A stretch of 64,000 bases of DNA from Gemmatimonas sp. (GCA_031414535.1 JANNVQ010000038.1:67461-131460), one strand, 5' to 3'. Shown: positions 39,244-49,746, numbered from the stretch's first letter. Notes: generated by a model from the letters alone, not told the origin. Translations and numbers: made by a program.

Positions 39244-40848
39244 ATGCCGTACCGGCTCCTTGTTACTGACGAGATTGACCCCGAGGGCGTGGCATTGCTG
39301 CGCGCCGTTGCCGACTTCACCGTAGATGAAGTCCCTACGTTGCCGGTGGCTGAGCTCTTGGCGCGCATTGGCGACTACGACGCAATCATCGGGCGCTCCG
39401 CGACCAAGATTTCCGAACCCTTGCTGCGCGCAGGCACCAAGTTGCGCGTTGTTGGTCGGGCAGGTGTCGGCATTGATAACATCTCGATGGCGACCGCCAC
39501 CGAGCTCGGCATCGCGGTCATCAACGCGCCTGGCGGTAACACGATCGCCGTGGCCGAGCTCTTCTTTGGATCCTTGATTGGGCTCCTGCGGCACATCCCA
39601 CGCGCGGACCACTCCATGCACGAGGGTCGCTGGGAGCGCAGCGACTTGCTCGGCACGGAGTTGCGTGGCCGCACGCTCGGCATCGTGGGACTTGGGCGCA
39701 TCGGCACGGCGGTTGCCGTACGGGCCCGCGCCTTTGGCATGCACCTCGTTGCCTTCGATCCGTACATTGGCCCCGAGCGATTTGCCGCCGCGGGAGTGGA
39801 ACGGGCCGAGCGTCTCGAAGATCTCCTCAAGGCCTGCGACGTGCTCACGGTGCACACGCCGCTCACTGACGAAACGCGCGGACTGATTGGCGCCGCAGCT
39901 CTCGCTCAGCTTCGCAACGGTGCGATTGTCTGCAACCTCGCGCGCGGTGGCATTGTAGATGACGCGGCACTTCGTGATGCCTGCGCGAGCGGGCGGCTGC
40001 GCGGGGCCGTGCTCGACGTCTACACGTCGGAGCCGCTCACGGGTGAACATCCCTACCGCGAGCGCAAGGAGATGCTGCTGCTTCCGCATCTCGGCGCATC
40101 AACGGTCGAAGCCCAGCGTGACGTCGCAATTGATGCCTGCGCGGCCGTGCGAGATGCGCTGCTGCACGGTGAGCTCTCTCGTTCACTGAACATCGCCGCG
40201 GGGCCAGAGGATTGGCGCGCTGTGCAGCCAGCGCTGGACCTCGCACGCTTCGCGGCCGCGGTTGCGCGCAGCCGTCTGCGCGACGGCGGACATCGCGCTA
40301 TCGAGAGTGTGAGTGTAAAGGTTGGCCCCGACCTCGCGAGCGCAGCGGCACTCTTGCTTTCGGCGGCAGCGGCCGGCGCGCTGGAGGGCATCGTCGCGGG
40401 CGATCGTCTCAACTTCATCAACGTGCGCAACGTGGCCGCCGCGCGCGGCGTGGAGCTGGCAGTCGCAGAGGGCGGCGAGGCGCCGCACCCGCGCGCCGTA
40501 GAAGTGCGCGTCCGCGCCGGCGGGGATGAACTCCGCGTCGGCGGTGTCGCGGCCGCTGACGCGCCGCCGCGTATCACGCGCATTGGCCCCTTTCACGTGG
40601 ATGTGGCGCCGCGCGGAACACTTATCGTGTTGGGTAACGTGGACGTCCCCGGTGTAGTGGGCCGCGTGGGCACACTACTCGGCGCCGCGGGCGTGAACAT
40701 CGCCGAGTATCATCAGGCGCGCCTCGCGGCTGGCGGTGATGCGCTCGCGGTGATCTCCGTGGACGGCGTACCCGATGCCAGCGTGCGGATGGCACTTGAG
40801 GCCATTCCCGAAGTGCAGTGGGCCACGGTCGTGCCCTCGCCGGGATGA
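39244..40848 (+). CDS. serA: D-3-phosphoglycerate dehydrogenase (long form with ASB and ACT domains)
   Basis: GRAGVGIDNI, GLGRIG, HTPLT, NLARGGIVD, PHLGASTVEAQ, C-terminal DVPGVVGRVGTLLG...NIA. Confidence 0.95.
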   Translation: MPYRLLVTDEIDPEGVALLRAVADFTVDEVPTLPVAELLARIGDYDAIIGRSATKISEPLLRAGTKLRVVGRAGVGIDNISMATATELGIAVINAPGGNTIAVAELFFGSLIGLLRHIPRADHSMHEGRWERSDLLGTELRGRTLGIVGLGRIGTAVAVRARAFGMHLVAFDPYIGPERFAAAGVERAERLEDLLKACDVLTVHTPLTDETRGLIGAAALAQLRNGAIVCNLARGGIVDDAALRDACASGRLRGAVLDVYTSEPLTGEHPYRERKEMLLLPHLGASTVEAQRDVAIDACAAVRDALLHGELSRSLNIAAGPEDWRAVQPALDLARFAAAVARSRLRDGGHRAIESVSVKVGPDLASAAALLLSAAAAGALEGIVAGDRLNFINVRNVAAARGVELAVAEGGEAPHPRAVEVRVRAGGDELRVGGVAAADAPPRITRIGPFHVDVAPRGTLIVLGNVDVPGVVGRVGTLLGAAGVNIAEYHQARLAAGGDALAVISVDGVPDASVRMALEAIPEVQWATVVPSPG

Positions 40849-42203
40849 GCGCCGACGTCGAGCGCGACGCTGCAGTGCGCGCGTCATACGGACGCGACGC
40901 CTCGGGGCTGACACGGATTCCCGAAGGCGTGGTACGCGCGCGCGCGAGTGCGGAGGTACTCGCGTTGCTGGCAGAGTCGGCAGTGGAGCGCACACCCATC
41001 ACGCCCGCCGGCGGGCAGACCAGCACGACGGGCGCGTCAATCACAGATCGCGGCACCTTGCTCTCGATGCGTGCCATGGACCGCATCCTGAACGTTGACG
41101 CGGCCAATCGCACGGCCCGTGTGGAGCCGGGTGTGCTGCTCGGCGATCTCGACCGCGCAATCGCCAGCGAGGGGCTCTTCTTCGCTCCTGATCCTACGAG
41201 CGACCAAGAGTGTACGATTGGCGGCGCCATCGCCTGCAATGCGTCTGGCCCACGCACGCTGCGCTATGGCGCTACGCGAGCACATGTGCGCGGGCTCACC
41301 GTCGCACTCGCAGATGGCAGCGTGCTTGAACTGCGTCGGCCCGCACTCGAGAAGAACACCGTTGGCTATCAGATGGCGCAGGACCCGATTGATTGGTTCG
41401 TCGGCAGCGAGGGGACGCTCGGTGTGATTCTCGCGGCGGAGCTCTCGCTCTTGCCGCGGCCTACGGTAGAAATGGGACTGGGCCTTCCCTTCCCGGACGT
41501 CGCATCGGCCTTGTCGTTCATTGTTGCCGCTCGAGAAGCCACCGCCCTCGCCCCACGGTGTTTGGAGTACTTCGACGCCGAAGCCTTCCGCATTGCTCGT
41601 ACGGGGGAGCCGTCGTGGGGCGAAGATGGTGACACGATGGTGTACCTCGAGCACGCAAGCGCAGACGAAGCCCCACTCGAAGCGTGGGAAGCACTCGCGG
41701 CGCGTCACCGTGGACGCATTGATGCCGCGCGGATCTTTGAGGGTGACGCGGCACTACGCAACGCTCGACGGTTACGACATGCCGTTCCCGCCACGATGCA
41801 CGAACGCGTTGCGCCTTATCTCGCGCTCGGGGGACGGCGCATTTCCACGGACTGGGCCGTACCGTATCGCGACGCAGCACGCATGATTGCCCAGGCCGAC
41901 GCCTTTGCGCACGAGGCCGGCATTGCCTCCGCCGTGACCTACGGGCACCTCGGCAACGGTCACCCGCATCAGAACTTCGTGGCGCGCGACCCCGCAGAGG
42001 TTGCGCGCTGTGAAGCAGTGGTGGAGCGCACGCTGCACGCGGTGGTCGCGATGGGCGGCACGGTGGCCGCCGAGCACGGGATTGGCAAGGTGAAAGCGCG
42101 CTGGCTGCCATTACAGGCATCAGCGGTGCAGATGCGAGCGATGCGCGCGCTCAAGCATGAACTGGATCCGCACGGGCTTCTTTCGCCGGGCAACATTCTG
42201 TGA
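40845..42203 (+). CDS. FAD-linked 2-hydroxyacid dehydrogenase (D2HGDH/GlcD/Dld-like)
   Basis: VEPGV, PDPTS, TIGGAIACNASG...LRYG, GSEGTLG, YGHLGNG, AEHGIG, LDPHGLLSPG; ATGA overlap with serA. Confidence 0.9.
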   Translation: MSADVERDAAVRASYGRDASGLTRIPEGVVRARASAEVLALLAESAVERTPITPAGGQTSTTGASITDRGTLLSMRAMDRILNVDAANRTARVEPGVLLGDLDRAIASEGLFFAPDPTSDQECTIGGAIACNASGPRTLRYGATRAHVRGLTVALADGSVLELRRPALEKNTVGYQMAQDPIDWFVGSEGTLGVILAAELSLLPRPTVEMGLGLPFPDVASALSFIVAAREATALAPRCLEYFDAEAFRIARTGEPSWGEDGDTMVYLEHASADEAPLEAWEALAARHRGRIDAARIFEGDAALRNARRLRHAVPATMHERVAPYLALGGRRISTDWAVPYRDAARMIAQADAFAHEAGIASAVTYGHLGNGHPHQNFVARDPAEVARCEAVVERTLHAVVAMGGTVAAEHGIGKVKARWLPLQASAVQMRAMRALKHELDPHGLLSPGNIL

Positions 42204-42859
42204 GCGCGCTGCGCTTCGCCACGGTGATCCTCGACGTGGACTCCACGCTCTGCACCATCGAAGGCGTGGATTGGCTGGCGGCGCGCCGCGGCCCAGAGGT
42301 TGAGGCCGAAGTACAGCTCGCGACGGATCTCGCGATGCAGGGGGCCTTGGCGCTTGAGAGCGTGTATGGCTCCAGGCTTGTGGCTATTGCCCCGACGCGT
42401 GATGACATCGCGGCGCTGGCGATTGCGTATAAACAGTCTCTTTCGCCGGGTGCTGCGGAGGTGATTGCCGCCGGACGCGCCGCTGGCATCCGATGGATAC
42501 TGGTGAGCGGCGGACTGCGGCCTGCCATTCTTCCGCTCGCGACCGAACTCGGGATTCCGGCGGCGGATGTGCATGCGGTTGACATCTTTCTCGACGAGCG
42601 CGGGCAGTACAGAGGGTTTGATGTTCAATCGCCACTCGCGCGCAAAGGCGGAAAGCCTGTGGTCGTGCGAGATCTGCACAATCTTGAGCGCCCATTGCTG
42701 GCCGTGGGTGATGGCGCTACCGATGCTGAACTCGTTGCGGTCGCCGATGCGTTCTGGTGTTTTACTGGGGTCGTGGCGCGGCCCGCCGTGCTTGCCGCCG
42801 CATCACATCAGGTCTCAGATTTTGCTTCACTCTGGCATTCACTGCGGTCAGCGACGTAG
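42200..42859 (+). CDS. serB: Phosphoserine phosphatase (HAD)
   Basis: DVDSTL, VSGG, K, VGDGATD; in an operon with serA. Confidence 0.88.
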   Translation: MSALRFATVILDVDSTLCTIEGVDWLAARRGPEVEAEVQLATDLAMQGALALESVYGSRLVAIAPTRDDIAALAIAYKQSLSPGAAEVIAAGRAAGIRWILVSGGLRPAILPLATELGIPAADVHAVDIFLDERGQYRGFDVQSPLARKGGKPVVVRDLHNLERPLLAVGDGATDAELVAVADAFWCFTGVVARPAVLAAASHQVSDFASLWHSLRSAT

Positions 42860-42895
42860 CCGCGACTCGCGACCGCCTACTAAGGACAAGCATTC

Positions 42896-43243
42896 GTGCC
42901 AACGCTCCGTAGTGTCACCCCGCTCATTCCCGCTGGCCCGAGCATCGCGGATGGCGTCCGTTTCTTCACCGAAGAACTCGGCTTCACCATTACTTGGCAG
43001 AACGGCAACATGGCGGGCGTGAAGCGCGGTGATGTTAGCTTCAACTTGGTGCAGAACAGCGACGTCGCTTGGGCCGAGAACTCGAGCGCCGGCATCGGCG
43101 TAGATGACCTCGACGCGCTTTACGCGGAGTACCGCAACGCATCCGCCAAGGTTGGACCGCTGGAAATGAAAATCTGGGGTCGGCGCGAATTCCACATGAT
43201 CTTGCCGACGGGCGTTTGCCTGCAGTTCTACCAGGCTACCTAA
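42896..43243 (+). CDS. VOC/glyoxalase-bleomycin resistance family protein
   Basis: FFTEELGF, VDDLDALY, WGRREF...PTG..LQF. Confidence 0.85.
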   Translation: MPTLRSVTPLIPAGPSIADGVRFFTEELGFTITWQNGNMAGVKRGDVSFNLVQNSDVAWAENSSAGIGVDDLDALYAEYRNASAKVGPLEMKIWGRREFHMILPTGVCLQFYQAT

Positions 43244-43273
43244 CAGCGCGTCACAAGCCCGAGCGCAAAGCGC

Positions 43274-43972
43274 TCAAGCCGATTCCGGCAACCAACCCTT
43301 GGCGTGCCCGCGGGCCCGCGCTTCGGCAATCATGCCGTTGAGCATGCTCATGAGCTCAAGCACGCTCAGGCCCTGCACCGACTCGCCCTCGTAGAAGGCG
43401 GTGCCCAGCCCAACCTTCCGTCCGCCCTCCTGACGATGGTAGGACTGGCTGCGGAGGAAGTCGTAGATCACGTAGGCAATGGTGCACTTCCAGATCACAC
43501 GTTCCACCATGGTCGCTTCGCTAGGAGGGAGCGTGGATCGGACAATGTCCACCGCTTGGTCCTCATAGAGGAGGCGTGGCTCGTACGTGTCAAAAATCAT
43601 CGCAAAGCCACGCGCCGTCGCCGCGGAGAGGCCCATCAGCTGCGTGGCTACTCGCACCAGTTGCTGCGGATGCACAAGACTGAGGAAGGGATCACCAGCG
43701 CGCGCCTCGGCCTCGCTTGAATACTCCGTCTCCGCTCGCGGATCCGAGCTGACCAAGGCGTGGGCGACGGCCTCTAGGTAGGTAGCGCAGAGAGTGATGG
43801 CCTCGCCAAAGCGCCCGGCATCCATCAGGGCACCCAAATAGGCGACCCGATCTTCGACCTCATCCCAATACGCATCAATCATCTCGCCTGGCACGCGCTT
43901 ACGCGGCACCACCGGCGCGGACGCGGGGGTACCGGCAGTGGGCGAGTGAAGACGCAGGGCGGGAGAGGACAC
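43274..43972 (-). CDS. Hypothetical helical protein with an RX4H motif (possible HEPN domain)
   Basis: Only plausible ORF filling the gap; EAITLCATYLEAVA helix and YDFLRSQSYH. Start uncertain (GTG 43972). Confidence 0.6.
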   Translation of the reverse strand: MSSPALRLHSPTAGTPASAPVVPRKRVPGEMIDAYWDEVEDRVAYLGALMDAGRFGEAITLCATYLEAVAHALVSSDPRAETEYSSEAEARAGDPFLSLVHPQQLVRVATQLMGLSAATARGFAMIFDTYEPRLLYEDQAVDIVRSTLPPSEATMVERVIWKCTIAYVIYDFLRSQSYHRQEGGRKVGLGTAFYEGESVQGLSVLELMSMLNGMIAEARARGHAKGWLPESA

Positions 43973-44070
43973 TTCCAGGAGGGTGCTCGGGAGAGGGGCC
44001 GGGCTAAGTAACATGCACCGCGGGGGGCCCCCGTGCCAAGCCCGGGAACACCCCCCACACATCCCGGGGC

Positions 44071-47000
44071 TTAGTTACCCCCAGGCCGTCTGTACGGGCG
44101 CGGGAACGGCGGCGGCTGCAAGGGCTGCACGTTCGCTTCCCGAATCAGGCGCAAGGTCTCCGCCACCGCGCGCTCCAACTGCGGATCACGTCCCTCGGCG
44201 ATGGCCTTGGCATCGTTATACACCTCGATGTCCGGGGGTACGCCTTCGTTTTCGGCAATCCACTTATTGGTGGCCGGATCAAACAGCGCCGGGAACGGCG
44301 TGGTCACGCGGCCACCATCAAGCAACAGGTACGGCGACGCGTTGGCGACGAGTCCACCCCAAGTACGCATGCCAATCAGCGGCCCGACCTTGAGCTGGCG
44401 GAAAGTCCAAGGGAAGTAGTCTCCGCCAGAACCGGCCATTTCGTTGATGAGCATCACCTTCGGACCGGTGATTCCCTGCGGCATCTGGATTGCACGTCCC
44501 CCCTCCGCTTCGTTCGTGAATCCACTGCGCCGTACGCGCGCCGTCATATCCACCATATAGTCGTCCGCAGTACCGCCGCCGTTGAAGCGCTCATCAATGA
44601 CGGCGCCAAGCTTGTCCTGCTGCGCAAAGAAGTAGCGATTGAATGACGTGAAGCCGCCGTCACCGGTATTCGGCACCCAGATGTAGGCGATGCGTCCACC
44701 GGAGAGCGAATCCACTTTCCGGCGATTGTCCTCCACCCACGCGCGCGTACGCAGGGCGGTCTCATTCTGAATGGGAACAATCGTCTCTGTCCACGCACCA
44801 GTGGCGTTCGGGCGCGAATTGAATTGCACCACCGTTTGACGGCCCTGCGTGCCATCAAAGAGTCGGAACGGATCGTCCGTTGCGCTCATGTTCACGCCGT
44901 TCACCGTGATGATGTAGTCGCCCTCACGTACGCGCAGGCCGGGCTGGCTCAGCGGCGCCGACATCCCCGGATTCCAACTCTCGCTCGTGTAGATGCGGCG
45001 AATGCGCCAGCGTCCACCATCAGTCACTAGGTCTGCGCCGAGCAAACCCACGCGACTGGTGTCCACGCCGGGCATACTTCCGCCGCCCACGAACGAGTGG
45101 CCTACGGACAGTTCGCCGTTGACCATATCGAGCAAGTAGTTCAAGTCCGAGCGGTGCCGCACGTGCTCCACCAGCGGACGATACCGCGCGCGCACGGCGT
45201 TCCAGTCATTGCCGTGCATGCCGGGATCGTAGAAGTATTCCTTAGAGAAGCGCCAGGCTTCGTCGAACATCTGGCGCCACTCCGCCGCGCGATCGAGTTC
45301 CATTCGGAGGGCGACGGTCACGCGACCACCGTTCCCCGTGACCGGCACGGCTGGGGGCGCTGCCGCGGTTGGCACGATGCGCCAATTGCTGGTGCCGGTG
45401 CGGAGCAAGACCTTCAGTCCATCGCCCGAGACGGACACCAGATTCACACCGCGAATGAACACCTTCGCCTCGCGCTCAGCGAGCACGAATTTGTGCAGCA
45501 CCATTCCCGGTTCATTCGGCACGCTCTCGCCAATGAAGACCGAGCCACGCGGTCCGGCCTGCACCGTCGTGTACGGACGCGCGGGCATCGGCAAGCTGAG
45601 TATGCGGCGCTCGATGCCATCGAAGTCCACGCGTACCGTCACCGCGCTCGTGTCGGGTTTGGCGGGGCGCGGTGCGGGCTCTTCGTCGCTGCGCGGCACG
45701 AAGGGTGTGGGGTCATCGTTGCGCAGTACCATTACGTACGGCGCGTACGTCGGGTTGGCCAAGGCCGACGTCATGTTCAACCAACCCGCGCCGAGCGCGA
45801 GGTTGGTGGAGGCGAGGAAGTACAGGTGGCGGCCATCGCGGTCCCAAGCGGGCTGCACGGCATCAGCCAACGCGTCGGTGACTGGGCGCGCCTCGTTGCG
45901 CTCCACGGACCACATCACGATGCGATGGAACTGGTTGGGGAAGATCTTGGCGTAGGCGAGGAACTTGGAGTCCGGGGACCAGCGCAGTTGCACCGCGTCG
46001 AAGAACAGGTTGTCGATGATGTTGCCGTTCACATCAACTGTGCGTGCATTGCCGGACGCAACTTCGAGTACGCGAATGCGTCCGTCGTCGTCAATGAAGG
46101 CGATGCGACTTCCATCGGGCGACCAGCTCGGACTCCAGGCCATCTTGGATGGCGCGATGCTCAGGCGGCGCGGCGTGCCGAGCCCGTCGGCGCTGGCAAT
46201 CAGCATTGCGTAGTCACCGCCGTCACTCGTGAACCAGGCCACTTGCTTGCCGTCTGGCGATGCGACCGCAGAACGATCTGCGGCGCCAGAACTGCGGGTC
46301 AGGTTGCGGGCGTCGCCGTGTTCTGCCGGCACCGTCCACACTTCGCCGCGAGCTTCCAGCAGAACGCGCTGGCCCGTCTGGCCCAGCGTGGCGGCCGTGA
46401 CGTCGTCTGAGACGTCTTCCCAACGCGCTGTCATCCACGGAAAGTCGCCGCGCACTGTGATGTTCACGCGGTCGCTGCGACCGCTCGCGGCATCAAGCAG
46501 ATGAATTTCACCATCCAACTCGAAGGCCAGTCGATCCGGGCCGACACTCAACGACTTGATGTCCCCGTCGCGCGAGCGCGTCACCTGCGCGAGAGCACGC
46601 GTGGATGGATCATAGGACCACACGTTCATCGCGAAGTCGCGGTCGGACAGGAAGAAGACCTTGTTGCCCGACCACACCGGACTCACGTCGGTGGTGCGCT
46701 CGTTGGGCAATCGCACTTCTTCGAGACTGGCCAAGTTGAGAATGCTCAGCGACGTATTCTGTCCGCCGCGATAGTTACGCCACTCGCCATCCCACCGGGA
46801 CATCCGATCCACCACGAGCTGACGACCATCGGGTGAGAAGCCGCCATCAAATCCCCACGGTGCCGGGAGACGCGTCGATGGCCCGCCGGTGCGCGGCACG
46901 GTCCACAGGCGCATCACTCCAGTCGGCGGCGACTCTCGGTTTGATGCATAGAGCACGGCGCTGCCATCGGGCGTCCAGCCGCGCGCCATCGATGGCGCCG

Positions 47001-47307
47001 GATACCACGTGAGGCGTACGGGATCGCCACCGGCGCGGCTCACCACGTAGACCTGCGGCACGCCCGAACGATTGGACGTGAAGGCCACCAACTGACCGTC
47101 CGGTGAGAAGTGCGGTGACGACTCCACGGCCGGAGTACTCGTGAGCCGTCGCGCATCGCCACCCGCGCGGTCCACAATCCAGACGTCGCTGCCATGCGTG
47201 AAGGCAATCTCGCGGGCGCTGACGGTCGGCTGGCGGAGAAGGCGGGTCTGGGCAGCGGCCGGAGCCGCGAAGGTGATGGCGAGAATGATCAACCACAAAC
47301 GACGCAT
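44071..47307 (-). CDS. Tricorn-like protease (S41 family; PD40 propellers, PDZ)
   Basis: Signal peptide; LLRQP; FSPDG/WSPDG repeats; GELSVGH; DERFNGGG; GSGGD catalytic Ser; RTWGG; ENEGVPPDIEV; DPQLERAV. Confidence 0.95.
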   Translation of the reverse strand: MRRLWLIILAITFAAPAAAQTRLLRQPTVSAREIAFTHGSDVWIVDRAGGDARRLTSTPAVESSPHFSPDGQLVAFTSNRSGVPQVYVVSRAGGDPVRLTWYPAPSMARGWTPDGSAVLYASNRESPPTGVMRLWTVPRTGGPSTRLPAPWGFDGGFSPDGRQLVVDRMSRWDGEWRNYRGGQNTSLSILNLASLEEVRLPNERTTDVSPVWSGNKVFFLSDRDFAMNVWSYDPSTRALAQVTRSRDGDIKSLSVGPDRLAFELDGEIHLLDAASGRSDRVNITVRGDFPWMTARWEDVSDDVTAATLGQTGQRVLLEARGEVWTVPAEHGDARNLTRSSGAADRSAVASPDGKQVAWFTSDGGDYAMLIASADGLGTPRRLSIAPSKMAWSPSWSPDGSRIAFIDDDGRIRVLEVASGNARTVDVNGNIIDNLFFDAVQLRWSPDSKFLAYAKIFPNQFHRIVMWSVERNEARPVTDALADAVQPAWDRDGRHLYFLASTNLALGAGWLNMTSALANPTYAPYVMVLRNDDPTPFVPRSDEEPAPRPAKPDTSAVTVRVDFDGIERRILSLPMPARPYTTVQAGPRGSVFIGESVPNEPGMVLHKFVLAEREAKVFIRGVNLVSVSGDGLKVLLRTGTSNWRIVPTAAAPPAVPVTGNGGRVTVALRMELDRAAEWRQMFDEAWRFSKEYFYDPGMHGNDWNAVRARYRPLVEHVRHRSDLNYLLDMVNGELSVGHSFVGGGSMPGVDTSRVGLLGADLVTDGGRWRIRRIYTSESWNPGMSAPLSQPGLRVREGDYIITVNGVNMSATDDPFRLFDGTQGRQTVVQFNSRPNATGAWTETIVPIQNETALRTRAWVEDNRRKVDSLSGGRIAYIWVPNTGDGGFTSFNRYFFAQQDKLGAVIDERFNGGGTADDYMVDMTARVRRSGFTNEAEGGRAIQMPQGITGPKVMLINEMAGSGGDYFPWTFRQLKVGPLIGMRTWGGLVANASPYLLLDGGRVTTPFPALFDPATNKWIAENEGVPPDIEVYNDAKAIAEGRDPQLERAVAETLRLIREANVQPLQPPPFPRPYRRPGGN

Positions 47308-47414
47308 GTACAGCTCCGTTGGAAGGCGGGATACCGGGTAAGGTGCCTCCAGCCCAGCGCGGCGCAAGTACGGACGAGGTAGCGACACCCCTCGATGGGT
47401 GATAGTCTTTTGCG

Positions 47415-49124
47415 ATGCCCCAACAGTCTCGCACCCGTCCATCCGAGCCCTACGATGTCGTCATCGTCGGCTCCGGCGCCGGTGGCGGCATGGCCGCCTA
47501 CGAACTCACCAAAGCCGGCGCTCGCGTCGCCATCCTCGAAGCCGGCGGTCACTGGGACAACAGTGACTCCCGCTATTCGGCCATGCTCAAGATGCCCTAC
47601 GACTCGCCGCGTCGCGGCTCGTCCACAGCAGATCGGCCCTTTGGCGAGTGGGATGCCAACATTGGCGGCTGGCAGATTCCAGGTGAGCCGTACACCAAGG
47701 CCGAGGGCACGCGCTTCGATTGGTGGCGCGCTCGCATGCTCGGCGGCCGCACGAACCATTGGGGCAGAATTTCGTTGCGGTTTGGGCCGGATGATTTCCG
47801 CCGCAAGTCCATTGACGGCCTCGGTGACGATTGGCCCATCACCTACAACGATGTAAAGCCTTGGTTCGACGAAGTTGATCGTCTGATCGGCATCTTCGGC
47901 AGCGTTGAGAACCTGCCCAATGAGCCCGACGGCATCTTCCACGATGCACCGGCCCCTCGCTACTACGAGCGGCGCGTGAAGGAGACCGCCGACCGGATGG
48001 GCATCACCTGCATCCCGGCGCGCCTCTCCATCATCACCAAGCCACACAACAACCGCGCGCCCTGCCACTACTGCGGCCAGTGCAATCGCGGGTGCATGAC
48101 GAACTCGAATTTCTCTTCGCCCAACGTGCTCATCTTCCCCGCGCTTCGCACGGGAAGGCTCACGCTGATCACCAACGCGATGGCGCGCGAAGTCACCACT
48201 GGCGAGGACGGCAAAGCGACGGGCGTCAGCTACATCGACAAGACGACCGGCGAGGACAAGCACATCCGCGGCAAGGTCATCGTACTCGCCGCGTCCGCGC
48301 TCGAGACCACGCGCATCCTGCTCAACTCCAAGTCCACACGGCATCCGCAGGGCCTCGCCAACTCCAGCGGCGTGCTCGGCAAGTACATCACGGACACCAC
48401 CGGCACCGACGTCGCAGGCTTCATCCCCTCGCTCGTGGATGTGCCCCGCCACAACGCCGATGGCGTGGGCGGAAATCACATCATGATGCCCTGGTGGCTC
48501 GATAACAAAAAGCTCGATTTTCCACGCGGCTATCATATAGAAGTGTGGGGCGGGCTCGGGATGCCGACGTATGGATTCATGGGCGGCATCGAGCGCTATC
48601 CGGAAGGCGGTGGCTACGGCGCTGACTTGAAGCAGCAGTACCGCAAGTACTGGGGCGCTACCGTCGGGTTCTCCGGCCGCGGTGAGATGGTGCCTAACAA
48701 CAACACCTTCTGCGAACTCGATCCCACGGTCACCGACAAGTGGGGCATTCCCGTGCTCAAGTTCCACTGGGAATGGCGCGACTCCGAGTACCTGCAGGTG
48801 AAGCACATGCAGGAGACCTTCCGCGCCATCATCTCTGAGATGGGCGGCGAAGTGTGGAGCGCAATGCCCACGCGCGAGCAGGGCTACGGCATCGCCAACG
48901 GCGGGGCCATCATCCACGAACTCGGCGGCGCGCGCATGGGAAGCTCTGAGCGCGACTCCGCCGTGAACGCCAACTGCCAGGCTTGGGATTGCAGCAATCT
49001 CTTCCTTGCCGACGGCGCTCCATTCGTCAGCCAAGCTGATAAGAACCCAACCTGGACCATCATGGCACTCTCGATGCGTACCAGTGCTTACATCACCCAG
49101 CAGCGTCGCGCGGGAGTACTCTAA
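47415..49124 (+). CDS. GMC oxidoreductase, flavoprotein subunit (glycoside 3-dehydrogenase-like)
   Basis: VGSGAGGG, LGGRTNHWGR, CHYCGQCNRGC, IHELGGARMG, KNPTWTIMALS. Confidence 0.93.
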   Translation: MPQQSRTRPSEPYDVVIVGSGAGGGMAAYELTKAGARVAILEAGGHWDNSDSRYSAMLKMPYDSPRRGSSTADRPFGEWDANIGGWQIPGEPYTKAEGTRFDWWRARMLGGRTNHWGRISLRFGPDDFRRKSIDGLGDDWPITYNDVKPWFDEVDRLIGIFGSVENLPNEPDGIFHDAPAPRYYERRVKETADRMGITCIPARLSIITKPHNNRAPCHYCGQCNRGCMTNSNFSSPNVLIFPALRTGRLTLITNAMAREVTTGEDGKATGVSYIDKTTGEDKHIRGKVIVLAASALETTRILLNSKSTRHPQGLANSSGVLGKYITDTTGTDVAGFIPSLVDVPRHNADGVGGNHIMMPWWLDNKKLDFPRGYHIEVWGGLGMPTYGFMGGIERYPEGGGYGADLKQQYRKYWGATVGFSGRGEMVPNNNTFCELDPTVTDKWGIPVLKFHWEWRDSEYLQVKHMQETFRAIISEMGGEVWSAMPTREQGYGIANGGAIIHELGGARMGSSERDSAVNANCQAWDCSNLFLADGAPFVSQADKNPTWTIMALSMRTSAYITQQRRAGVL

Positions 49125-49744
49125 TGAGCGAACTCGATCGTCGCGAAATGCTCGCTGCCCTCGCGAGCATCCCCATGGCCCTCGCCATTCCGCGTGAGGA
49201 CATCGAGCGCGCCGCTGCACATGCGCACGATGCTGTGGACGCCGAGGAACTGGCGCTACAGCAAGGGCAGCAGCCCGCGCAGTACGTGCCGAAGAACTTC
49301 ACCGCAGATGAATACCGGCTCGTGCGCTTGCTCGTGGACTATGTGATTCCCCGCGATGCGCGCTCTGGCAGCGCTACTCAGGCCGGCGTGCCCCAGTTTA
49401 TGGACTTTATGCTGGGCGAAAACGCTGGGATGCGCACCTGGATGCGCGATGGCCTCTCTTGGGTAAACGCCGAGTGCCGTCGTCGATTCAATCAGGGATT
49501 TATTTCCTGCACCGAGCCGCAGCGGAGGGAACTGCTCGATGCCATCGCGTTTCCGGCAAGAGCACTCGCCGAGGATCGCCCGGGCGTAGAGTTCTTCAAT
49601 CGCTTTCGGAATCTCACGTCGAGCGGCTTCTGGACGAGCCGCATGGGCATTGCCGACCTTGGCTACACAGGCAATCAGCCAGTGAGCCAGTGGGTGGGGA
49701 CGCCATCCAACGTCCTCGCCTGGCTGGAACGCAATAAGCCTTAA
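49124..49744 (+). CDS. Gluconate 2-dehydrogenase subunit 3 family protein (Tat)
   Basis: DRREML Tat motif; VIPRD..SGSATQAGVPQFMD; GFWTSRMG..LGYTGN; TAATG coupling to the GMC gene. Confidence 0.92.
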   Translation: MSELDRREMLAALASIPMALAIPREDIERAAAHAHDAVDAEELALQQGQQPAQYVPKNFTADEYRLVRLLVDYVIPRDARSGSATQAGVPQFMDFMLGENAGMRTWMRDGLSWVNAECRRRFNQGFISCTEPQRRELLDAIAFPARALAEDRPGVEFFNRFRNLTSSGFWTSRMGIADLGYTGNQPVSQWVGTPSNVLAWLERNKP

Positions 49745-49746
49745 CC

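Noticed and set aside
45097..46410. 437-aa plus-strand ORF inside the Tricorn gene
   Set aside because: Antisense shadow; composition typical of a reverse frame.
47289..49220. 643-aa antisense ORF opposite the GMC oxidoreductase
   Set aside because: Mirror of a well-supported gene; no domain features.
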